In this document: positions 8,403 to 16,554 of the stretch, piece after piece
Layout: the number at the start of each line of letters is the position of its first letter
Numbering within the stretch: the stretch's first letter is position 1
NCBI GenBank assembly: GCA_965242965.1
Contig: OZ251518.1
Coordinates: 4,000,001 to 4,064,000, forward strand
Direction of reading: 5' to 3'
Length of the DNA stretch: 64,000 bases
Origin: Candidatus Poribacteria bacterium
Lineage (GTDB): Bacteria; Poribacteria; WGA-4E; WGA-3G
The notes under the pieces: model-generated
Seen by the model: the letters and a program-made list of their open reading frames with translations, nothing else
Database searches by the model: none
Told to the model about the DNA's origin: nothing
Program-made: the position numbers and the translations under genes

Positions 8403-11249
8403 TTAAGGGGTAACATCGCTCGCGCAACGAAAACCGGTGTCGACGTTCGTGAGCGTTGGCGGATTCCTGTAGCGATTGGCGACACGCATGAACTGCGCTG
8501 TACCGCCACAACCGCCGCCGCGCAACACGCGGGCATTGTGGTCCTGAACCTTCGCGAAGCCATCTCCAACCCATCCCCCCGCTACCGGATTCCGATGTGG
8601 AGAACGCGAATAGAAAGCTGCATCCCACTCATCAATGCACCACTCGTAGACATTGCCCGCCATATTGTGTAATCCGTATCCGTTCGCCGGGTAACTGCCG
8701 ACAGGGGCAGTGAGCGCGTGACCGTCGTTCACATTGGCATCCGTCTCAATTCTCTCATCAATGTTAGCATCAATGTTAGCCAGAGTGACATCGGCGAAGT
8801 TACACTGCGTTCCGTCCGGCGCACTGTTGCCCCACGGGTATTTCTTGCCTTCCAAGCCGCCGCGTGCGGCTTTCTCCCATTCTGCCTCTGTCGGGAGCCG
8901 TTTGCCGGCCCACTGCGCATACGCCATCGCCGCATACCAGCTTACAAAAACAACTGGATAGTTACCTTGTCCACTCGGATAGTCGTTGCCATTCCAGAGG
9001 CCTAGGTAGTCTCCATCGTGGTAGACGTGCGGAATTTGGTTTTTCCGCCACTGCGGATTTGCATCGACAAATGCCTTGAACTGCGCGTTCGTCACTTCGT
9101 ATTTGTCGATGTAGAATGCATCGACATAAACGGTATGCACCGGTTTTTCATTGTTATTTGCCTCGCTGTCGTCGCTGCCCATCTGGAACTCACCTGCGGG
9201 GATGAGCACCATCTCGCTCGTGTCTGGCATAGCATTGGCTTTGGGAGGTGCTTGTTTTTCCAGTAACTTCGTTGGAGTAACAGCCCTCGCGCAACGAAAA
9301 CCGCCGCTTGAGTCCGTGGCCGCGGGCGTAAACCAGAAGCGATAGGCGACGCGCAAGCCCGATGCGGCGGTGCCCCACGACCCGCCGCGCCACACGCGGG
9401 CACTGTAGGTCTGAACCTTCGCGAATCCATCTCCAACCCATCCACGCCCCACCGGATTCCGATGTGGCGAACGCCTATAGAAAGTTGCATCCCACTCATC
9501 AATGCACCACTCGTAGACATTGCCCGCCATATTGTGTAATCCGTATCCGTTCGCCGGGTAACTGCCGACAGGGGCAGTGAGCGCGTGACCATCGTTCACA
9601 TTGGCATCTGTCCAAATTCTATAATCAGGATCGAGGTTAAGCAGAGTGACATCGGCGAAGTTACACTGCGTTCCATCCGGCGCACTGTTGCCCCACGAGT
9701 AGGTCTTGCCATCTAACCCACCACGGGCGGCTTTCTCCCATTCTGCCTCTGTCGGGAGCCGTTTGCCGGCCCACTGCGCATACGCCATCGCCGCATACCA
9801 GCTTACAAAAACAACTGGATAGTTACCTGTTCCACTCGGATAGTCGTTGCCATTCCAGAGGTCTAGGTAGCTTCCATCATGATATTTCTCAGAGATGTTG
9901 TCTTTCCGCCACTGTGGATTTGCATCGACAAACGTCTTGAACTGCGCGTTCGTCACTTCGTATTTGTCGATGTAGAATGCATCGACGTAAACGGTATGCA
10001 CCGGTTTTTCATTGTCTTTTGCGTTGCTGTCGTCGCTGCCCATCTGGAAGTCGCCGGCGGGGATGAGCACCATCTCCGCGCCATCTTGTCCAATAATCTG
10101 TTGGACAAGCATAGGTTCTAAGGGGATATCCCAGGGCACGTTTTCTCCGCCTATCAAGGTGACGTTTTTCACCCGGCTTTTGTAACCGGCGAGTTCTAAG
10201 CCGATTTCTACCGGCTTCTCACGCTGCACACCCGTGTCAATTTCATAGTTGCGTAAGGGCGTTTCCCCGATGGGGGCACCGTCAAGATAGACCGTCGCGC
10301 CGTTCGGTGTGCTCGTCACATTCACCGTCGCGAGTGGCGGGAGGTCTGCCTGAGGTGGCGAAGTATGCCGCTGAGGCAGCACGAAGACAAAATCGCCTTT
10401 GTCTAACTTCGGGTCTCGGATTTTACCGTATTGTGGGTGTTGCGCCTCGTTGTATATCGGTACCTGATTCTTCAGATACAATCCCAACTCTGCACCGGTA
10501 ATGTAACCATCGCGGAACGGTTCAGCAGCGCGGCCATCAATGAGGTCGAGGAATGCGGTTTTGAACACGCTCCGGTCAGGCACGGGTTCGTTCGCGCGCC
10601 CGGCGGTGATGAATTGCCGCACAGGATGCCGAATGTTATCCGAAATGCTCTCGGGGCTGATTCTGTCGCGCGCGTTGAGAATGGTGCCGGAGAAGCAGCA
10701 GTCAAACAGAAACAGGACATGCCGTGCGAGTATCGCCTTGGATTCACCGACAAGGGTTTCCATGTTGATACTGCCTCGGACGAAGCCGAGTTTGTCGGTG
10801 TCGGGCTCTGGTGCGTCTACCATGACGAGATAGCCGCGCTCCTGCTCGTTGGCAAGCGGCAGGGTGTAACCGTGTCCGGCGTAGTAAAAGAGGAGCCGGT
10901 TGTTTTCGTCTGCGCCATGTTCCAACACGAACGTGAGGAACGCGTCCTCAAACTCATCTGCGGTGAGATCGGTTTTGAGGGTGACGTTGAAGTCGTGTGT
11001 TTTGAGTGCCTCGGCGACTTCTTTCACGTCTTGTAGTGCCCCGGGCAGCGGGTCCCATCCGTTTGTGTAATTGCCATTTCCGATGACGAGTGCATAGGAG
11101 GCGTTATAGAGTTCAATGTGTTCGCCGGCACCGGTGCGGACGCTAATTTTCATGCCGCGGCTGGTTTGGGAGCGCAAGTCTGTGGTGCTGATGAAGATGA
11201 TGGCACCACAGAGGATGATAACAAATAGGAAAATGAGAGACGTTTTCAT
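8403..11249 (-). CDS. Secreted caspase-PEGA-2x FGE/CLec protein (putative DGR target)
   Basis: 948 aa, same architecture as 5225..8092, caspase domain nearly identical. Confidence 0.92.
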   Translation of the reverse strand: MKTSLIFLFVIILCGAIIFISTTDLRSQTSRGMKISVRTGAGEHIELYNASYALVIGNGNYTNGWDPLPGALQDVKEVAEALKTHDFNVTLKTDLTADEFEDAFLTFVLEHGADENNRLLFYYAGHGYTLPLANEQERGYLVMVDAPEPDTDKLGFVRGSINMETLVGESKAILARHVLFLFDCCFSGTILNARDRISPESISDNIRHPVRQFITAGRANEPVPDRSVFKTAFLDLIDGRAAEPFRDGYITGAELGLYLKNQVPIYNEAQHPQYGKIRDPKLDKGDFVFVLPQRHTSPPQADLPPLATVNVTSTPNGATVYLDGAPIGETPLRNYEIDTGVQREKPVEIGLELAGYKSRVKNVTLIGGENVPWDIPLEPMLVQQIIGQDGAEMVLIPAGDFQMGSDDSNAKDNEKPVHTVYVDAFYIDKYEVTNAQFKTFVDANPQWRKDNISEKYHDGSYLDLWNGNDYPSGTGNYPVVFVSWYAAMAYAQWAGKRLPTEAEWEKAARGGLDGKTYSWGNSAPDGTQCNFADVTLLNLDPDYRIWTDANVNDGHALTAPVGSYPANGYGLHNMAGNVYEWCIDEWDATFYRRSPHRNPVGRGWVGDGFAKVQTYSARVWRGGSWGTAASGLRVAYRFWFTPAATDSSGGFRCARAVTPTKLLEKQAPPKANAMPDTSEMVLIPAGEFQMGSDDSEANNNEKPVHTVYVDAFYIDKYEVTNAQFKAFVDANPQWRKNQIPHVYHDGDYLGLWNGNDYPSGQGNYPVVFVSWYAAMAYAQWAGKRLPTEAEWEKAARGGLEGKKYPWGNSAPDGTQCNFADVTLANIDANIDERIETDANVNDGHALTAPVGSYPANGYGLHNMAGNVYEWCIDEWDAAFYSRSPHRNPVAGGWVGDGFAKVQDHNARVLRGGGCGGTAQFMRVANRYRNPPTLTNVDTGFRCASDVTP

Positions 11250-11273
11250 AGAATTTCCTCAGGCTACAGATTC

Positions 11274-11430
11274 GTCGGTGATCGAACGGATACGAACTAT
11301 CGAGACCGGGAGGTCTCGCCTACGGGAGCATCCGATGCGTCGGTGATCGAACGGATACGAACCATCGAGACCGGGAGGTCTCTCCTACAGGAGCATCCGA
11401 TGTGTCGGTTATTGAACGGATACGAACGCC
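11274..11430. repeat. About 2.5 tandem ~64-bp units each containing a REP
   Basis: GTCGGTGATCGAACGGATACGAAC-ATCGAGACCGGGAGGTCTC-CCTAC-GGAGCATCCGATG repeated. Confidence 0.85.
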
Positions 11431-11469
11431 TTTAGGAGAGGCGCGGGTATCGCCCGCGCCTAGCATAGG

Positions 11470-12111
11470 TTATTGCGTTGCACCGGTTTCTGGTTGTTCC
11501 GGCGGTTGTTCCTCGCCATCTTGTGCGCGTTTTTCCTCAATAGCGTGCTCAAGTTCCTTGAACCCTTCCGAAGCGCGCCATCGGTTGTATAACGCCTTAT
11601 CCCGGCTGATGGTGCCGACAGCCTGAGTGCCTAGCATGCCGGCCGGCAGTTCCATCAAGACGTAAACGGTGTTGGTAAGTCCATCAGGATTCTGAAGCCG
11701 ATGGACTTTGGCTGGACTCGATCCGACGAGCCGCTGATCAGCCACGGTCCTCGAGATTTGGGCGAAAAGTCCGTTGGCTTCCGCGCTCGCCGCGTCGCCG
11801 CCTACTTCTTCCTCAAAACTTTTGACGAGAACGGTGACTGCTGCTTCGATCTTCAGTGCCAGTGCGGCTCTCGCGTTTTGGACGGCTTTTCGTTCTGCGC
11901 GGCCCATGTCGCGGGACGCGCCTGATTCAACGACGTAAATAAATTCGTCGTCGTCCTGCGGTGGGCTATCTACCCAGCCGGGCAGCTCGGGCAGTGGCGG
12001 CGGTGGTGATTGTTGCGCCAGCGGCGAGGTGCGCTTACTTCCGCAACCAATGAGGCACACGAGTGCGCCGATGCAGAGAATTGATATGAAATTGAACCCG
12101 GTTTTGTTCAT
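11470..12111 (-). CDS. LPP20-family lipoprotein
   Basis: Lipobox LIGC; PGWV...ESGAS.D...AE.KAVQNARAALA. Confidence 0.7.
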   Translation of the reverse strand: MNKTGFNFISILCIGALVCLIGCGSKRTSPLAQQSPPPPLPELPGWVDSPPQDDDEFIYVVESGASRDMGRAERKAVQNARAALALKIEAAVTVLVKSFEEEVGGDAASAEANGLFAQISRTVADQRLVGSSPAKVHRLQNPDGLTNTVYVLMELPAGMLGTQAVGTISRDKALYNRWRASEGFKELEHAIEEKRAQDGEEQPPEQPETGATQ

Positions 12112-12190
12112 AATGTGGTTCCTTTTTTAATCCGCAGGCGCGATGTCAAACCGCGCCTGCGGGGGACGTTTTGCGTAAATCCTGTTAAGT

Positions 12191-12618
12191 GAGGGGTTTC
12201 GTAAATCCCCGTAGGAGAGACCTCCTGGTCTCGATGCAATAGGGCGGCGCGCCTCCCAGGGCCGCGGCGGCAGAAGGTCCCCCTTTTACCCCTGTAGGTC
12301 AGGATCGCCTGATCCTGACCTGTTTGTGATCAGGCGAGCACAAACTACAGACAGGGAAACACACATCCTAACGATAGAGATCGCGGGGGACAGGCCCCCG
12401 CGCTACGGTAAAAAACGGTTCCCTTCACCGTAGGGCGAGGGCCTGTCCCTCGCCATCGCCCGCGCAATCCAATGATCGCGGGGGAAACCCGCTCGGATGC
12501 GCGTATGGCATCCGAGGGCCCCCGCGCTACGGGAACATCGAGACCGGGAGGTCTCGCCTACCGGAAATCGAGCCCCGAGGTCTCGCCTACCGAACACATC
12601 GAAATATGAAACATCCTC
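12191..12618. mobile_element. TIR-bounded REP cassette (MITE-like)
   Basis: GAGGGGTTTCGTA ... TATGAAACATCCTC ends; GTTAAGT duplicated on both flanks. Confidence 0.8.
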
Positions 12619-12695
12619 GTTAAGTTAGCGGCGAAGGCAGATGTGCTTCCGCCGCGGAAATCGGTTTTTTCCTTACCGATAAAATGATACTAAAT

Positions 12696-14081
12696 TCATT
12701 CCGAAATGTCAAGCGAAAATTCTGTCAACAACGCCGCCAACGGGTTGCAGAGAATCTCTTCGCTTTCGGCATCTATCAAGGAATGACACGTGCCATCTTT
12801 CAACTCATAAACGGCGACTTCGTCGGCAGAGAGCCAACACCGGTCTGGTGCAAGTTTGGCTATCCGGGCCGCCGCCGCCACCGAGGACTGCTTTTTTATC
12901 GCTGGTGCCGCACGCAACAAGGTTTGAAGCACCGTCAACACATACGGACTATGCGTTGTCAGCACGACTTGGGATTCCTCCGTGTTCAGCAGCAACGCGA
13001 TACACTCGATGAGTTCCTTCTGCGCGGTTGGATAGAGACTCGCCTCGGGTTCTTCGATTACCCGAAATACGGTGTCATTGTATATCACCGTGAAGAAGAT
13101 GTCTTGGAGGAGGCGGAGCGTGTTCTGTTCGCCGGCTGAAGCCGCGAGTAACGGGACCGAGCCTTCGCCGGTAGGCTGATTGAACAGCGATTTTTTGTCA
13201 TCTGCCGTTCCGTATGTGCCTTTGAGGATGCGCGCCATCTTTTCCATGAGGAATTCTGCGGCAGGCGCATCGAGTTCATCATCCTCATCATCCTCATCAT
13301 CCTCGCCTACCCGTTCGGCGAGGAGGGCATGGTAGTCTTGCTCGTTAAAGGTTTGCAAGAACTCCTCGTTTTTCTCCAAGAGCTGCGCCAGGAGGTAGCT
13401 CTGCACGGCGGGTGCAGGGTTGCGTTCTACATCGCGTTCAAAGAGCTCCCTTTTGATGCCGCCGTAGAAGACGCGTTTGAAGGCATCCGGATAGTGTGAG
13501 ATAATCTGCCGGCCTGCCGGGATATAGAGGTTTCTGAACTGCGTGCCGAAGAACCGTTCGGTGATGCCGCGAATCCCGGTCCCGAGGAAGATTTCAAGGA
13601 ACATCCGTTCACCGGGGGTAAACGTATTCGCTTGTTGGGAAGTGCCCTCCTTGAGAGACTTCTCCTTCGCCTTGCGCAGGCCAGCCTGATACTCCTTGTA
13701 AACTTCGTTCAGCTCGTCCGTGAGAGCGGGGAGCGTGATGTCGAGCTGCCCATCGTCCGTTAAAGCGAGGGTGACAGCACTTTCATCGGTATAGTGATAC
13801 GTAATCTCAAACGGACCGAGGTGGGTGAGTTCACCAAAAAAGAGGCGGAATTGCTGCGCAAAGTGGTGCTGGAACGTTGGAACGAGTTGCTGCTCGCCTT
13901 CCCAATTCACCTCCCAGAGCCATTTGCGGAGGGAGTAGGTGACGTTGTGGAAGAAGTAGAGCAGTTGCGCGAGCGTGCTTTTGCCACTGGCCTGTTCGCC
14001 GATGAGCACGACAAGTTTCTTATCCATGTCAAGCTCCGCCTCGCGGGTATGAATGAAATTTTTCACGATGAGTTTTGGCAT
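12696..14081 (-). CDS. ABC/SMC-type AAA ATPase (AAA_15/AAA_21-like)
   Basis: Walker A GEQASGKST, signature SAGEQ, Walker B IEEPE, H-loop TTHS. Confidence 0.85.
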   Translation of the reverse strand: MPKLIVKNFIHTREAELDMDKKLVVLIGEQASGKSTLAQLLYFFHNVTYSLRKWLWEVNWEGEQQLVPTFQHHFAQQFRLFFGELTHLGPFEITYHYTDESAVTLALTDDGQLDITLPALTDELNEVYKEYQAGLRKAKEKSLKEGTSQQANTFTPGERMFLEIFLGTGIRGITERFFGTQFRNLYIPAGRQIISHYPDAFKRVFYGGIKRELFERDVERNPAPAVQSYLLAQLLEKNEEFLQTFNEQDYHALLAERVGEDDEDDEDDELDAPAAEFLMEKMARILKGTYGTADDKKSLFNQPTGEGSVPLLAASAGEQNTLRLLQDIFFTVIYNDTVFRVIEEPEASLYPTAQKELIECIALLLNTEESQVVLTTHSPYVLTVLQTLLRAAPAIKKQSSVAAAARIAKLAPDRCWLSADEVAVYELKDGTCHSLIDAESEEILCNPLAALLTEFSLDISE

Positions 14082-14090
14082 TTTTACTTC

Positions 14091-15473
14091 CTATAAATCG
14101 TTAGTATCAATGAGACAGACACCCTCTTCGGCTGCGCGGTGTTTGAGTGCATCTGTCCAGCCGCTGACAGAAAATAGCAGATATCGGGGATGCTGCCGCC
14201 ATGCATCTGGGACTTTCTGCGCGTTTTCCATGAGGCGAATCAGGACATTTTCACCGACCGGGGTATGCCACCATTTGCACTCCCCGAACGAGTGGCTTCC
14301 GTCAAGATTTTCTGTCAACACGTCAATCTCAACGTCGGAACCCCAGTGCGCGCCCACTCGTTGAGGGGCAACCTTGAGTTTCTCGTCCCAATGAAAGGTG
14401 ACATATTGGCGGCAAATGTCTTCAAAAACCGTTCCCATGTATTGCGAAAGGTTGGGCGCGATGCGCTGCTGATAGACGAAATCGGCGTTCCCGGATTCGA
14501 TGAGACTCCGATTCGGTAGCACAAACCGAAACCAAAAATTGACGTAGTTGTCGGCAATTTTGTAGAGCCCTTTTCTGCTCTTTTGCGGGGCGCGTTCGGT
14601 GATAGATGTCTCCCGTTTCACCAGTTTCAAGTCTCGCAGCACCGTCAGATATTTATTCGCTTGTGTCGGTTCAAGTCCGACGCGCTGGGAAATCTCATTA
14701 AGTCGCGTCGCGCCGCCGGCGATGGCGTGCAGGAGGCTAGCATACGTGCGCGGTTCTCGGAGTTCCATCCGCAGCAGGAAGTTCACCTCATCGAACAGAT
14801 AACTTTGTGGCGCGAGCAGCGCGTCTTTGATGTTCTGTTCCAGCGTTTTCTCACTCGCGAATTGGTTGAGATACGCCGGAATCCCGCCGAGGATGCCGTA
14901 GGCGGTTATCTTCTCCTTCGCCGAGTAGGATGGCAAAAACCGGCCACTCTCGCGGTAAGAGAGCGGCAACAGCTGCTGCTGTCCCGTGCGGCGGCCATAC
15001 AGCGGTGAACGTTCCGCCAGCACTTCTCGCTCCATGAAACTCACCTGCGAACCGCACAGAATCAGGAAGAGTTTGCTGTGTCTCCCATGCAAATCCCAGA
15101 AACGTTGGATTTGCGATGGCAATGCTCCATTATCTTCGCATAGATACTGAAATTCGTCAAGCACTAAGATGAGGCGTTCCTGTTGTGCCTGCTGCGCGAA
15201 ATAGATGAGTGCCGATTCCCAGTCCGAAAACGTAAGGCTTTGGAGCAGCGCATCATCAATGACGTGTCGTGCTGCTTCGGTGAGCTGCTGCAGCTGGTCT
15301 GGTGCTTTCAACTGGCTGGCGAGAAAATAGATGCTCCGTTTGCCTTTGCAAAACTGCGTGAGGAGTTCGGTTTTTCCGACGCGTCTTCTGCCATACAGCA
15401 CGAAGAATTCGGCGGCATCTGAGTGCCACATCCTGTCTAATGCAGTTAATTCTTGTTCGCGATTGATGAACAT
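14091..15473 (-). CDS. Archaeal-type ATPase with wHTH and DUF234 (PD-(D/E)XK-like) C-terminus
   Basis: FINRE.EL, YGRRRVGKT, LDEFQ, CGS, DNY..FWFRF, EID...GECKW. Confidence 0.9.
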   Translation of the reverse strand: MFINREQELTALDRMWHSDAAEFFVLYGRRRVGKTELLTQFCKGKRSIYFLASQLKAPDQLQQLTEAARHVIDDALLQSLTFSDWESALIYFAQQAQQERLILVLDEFQYLCEDNGALPSQIQRFWDLHGRHSKLFLILCGSQVSFMEREVLAERSPLYGRRTGQQQLLPLSYRESGRFLPSYSAKEKITAYGILGGIPAYLNQFASEKTLEQNIKDALLAPQSYLFDEVNFLLRMELREPRTYASLLHAIAGGATRLNEISQRVGLEPTQANKYLTVLRDLKLVKRETSITERAPQKSRKGLYKIADNYVNFWFRFVLPNRSLIESGNADFVYQQRIAPNLSQYMGTVFEDICRQYVTFHWDEKLKVAPQRVGAHWGSDVEIDVLTENLDGSHSFGECKWWHTPVGENVLIRLMENAQKVPDAWRQHPRYLLFSVSGWTDALKHRAAEEGVCLIDTNDL

Positions 15474-15572
15474 AGGTTTGTCTCTCCGTTTACCGATCTG
15501 TTGGTGTGCAGCAGCTTGCCATCGGGTTGCATTCTGAATACTTTGGCTGCACTATGCGCGTCAACTTTGGTG

Positions 15573-15614
15573 TTATACTCTAAAGTATTATACGCTAAAG
15601 TATAATAAATGTCA
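15573..15614 (-). promoter_or_regulatory. sigma70 promoter overlapped by two 15-bp direct repeats (candidate operator)
   Basis: Minus strand TTGACA-17-TATAAT; TTATAC(T/G)CTAAAGTA at 15573 and 15588. Confidence 0.7.
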
Positions 15615-15649
15615 AGGTTCCGACTTTGTCTGAGACATTCAGCCCGATG

Positions 15650-15935
15650 TCTGGGTAGGAGGGGCATCCTTGTCCCGATATGCCCTCTTGGTAGGAGGAA
15701 CATCCTTGTCCCGATACCGATGTTTGGGTAGGAGGGACATCCTTGTCCCGATACGGCATTGCATCGAGACCAGGAGGTCTCTCCTACGGGGGAAAATCGA
15801 GACCGGGAGGTCTCTCCTACTGGGTATCAAGACCAGGAGGTCTCTCCTACTGGGTATCAAGACCAGGAGGGCTCTTCTACCGGCAATAGCGCGCGGGCTG
15901 TCCCCGCGCCGTTGCACGATTTATGAAACACCCTC
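15650..15935. repeat. REP cluster with right TIR only
   Basis: GTAGGAGGGACATCCTTGTCCCGAT x3, GAGACC..GGTCTCTCCTAC x4, ends TATGAAACACCCTC. Confidence 0.85.
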
Positions 15936-15937
15936 GG

Positions 15938-16450
15938 TTAAATTCCCATCCGAAGCGCGACAGCCGCCAGCAAAATCAGCAGCGAAACAACACCCATTAG
16001 ACTAGATACCACCGACATTTGCGAACGGAGCCGCTGAACATCCGACGGAAGTTCCTCCAGATTGATATCTAACTCCGAAATCGCGGCAGACATCTTCGGG
16101 CCGAAGACAAAGCCGTGCAACGCGGTAAGGATAATTAGCACGACGAAAAGCATTAGTTTGATAAACAGCGTGCGCATAAACGCGCCGATTAACTCCGGCG
16201 GCGCAGTAGTCGTCAGCACGCCCGACATGAAAATGTTAAAGATGCCGGTGAAGAATAGCACGCCGACACAACACCACACGACAGGCTCAAACCGTTTGCC
16301 TATCTCTGCTAAAATCTGAACCCGTTGGACAGGCGGAAGACTCTTTCTGAAATAGGGAACGATGACCAGGGCAATGATGAGGTTACCGCCGATCCAGACA
16401 ACCGCGGCGATGACGTGTAACCAAAGGATAAGGAGCGAGAGGAGTTCCAT
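15938..16450 (-). CDS. CopD/DUF4149-like membrane protein
   Basis: Start MELL at 16450; WLHVIAAVVWIGG, KL.L...LTALH, 4 TM segments. Confidence 0.75.
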   Translation of the reverse strand: MELLSLLILWLHVIAAVVWIGGNLIIALVIVPYFRKSLPPVQRVQILAEIGKRFEPVVWCCVGVLFFTGIFNIFMSGVLTTTAPPELIGAFMRTLFIKLMLFVVLIILTALHGFVFGPKMSAAISELDINLEELPSDVQRLRSQMSVVSSLMGVVSLLILLAAVALRMGI

Positions 16451-16554
16451 TGTATTGTGTTTCCTTTCTGAAGTTGAGAAGCCTTGTTCTGTAGTTCGGA
16501 CTCGCCTGAGCCCGAATGGGGCAAAATCGGACGAGACGCTACAGACGCTTGTTT

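Noticed and set aside
5555-9650. Second variable loop (ADVTL...NDGH) as another DGR VR
   Set aside because: It varies by indels and scattered substitutions without the fixed third-position NNC pattern.
5225-11249. True formylglycine-generating (sulfatase-maturing) enzymes
   Set aside because: The catalytic Cys pair after RGGS is absent and that region is hypervariable.
12403-12597. Many 60-170 aa ORFs reading RGTGPRAT / ARGPVPR / ETRRSLL (here and in other repeat clusters)
   Set aside because: Translations of REP palindromes; no independent evidence they are genes.
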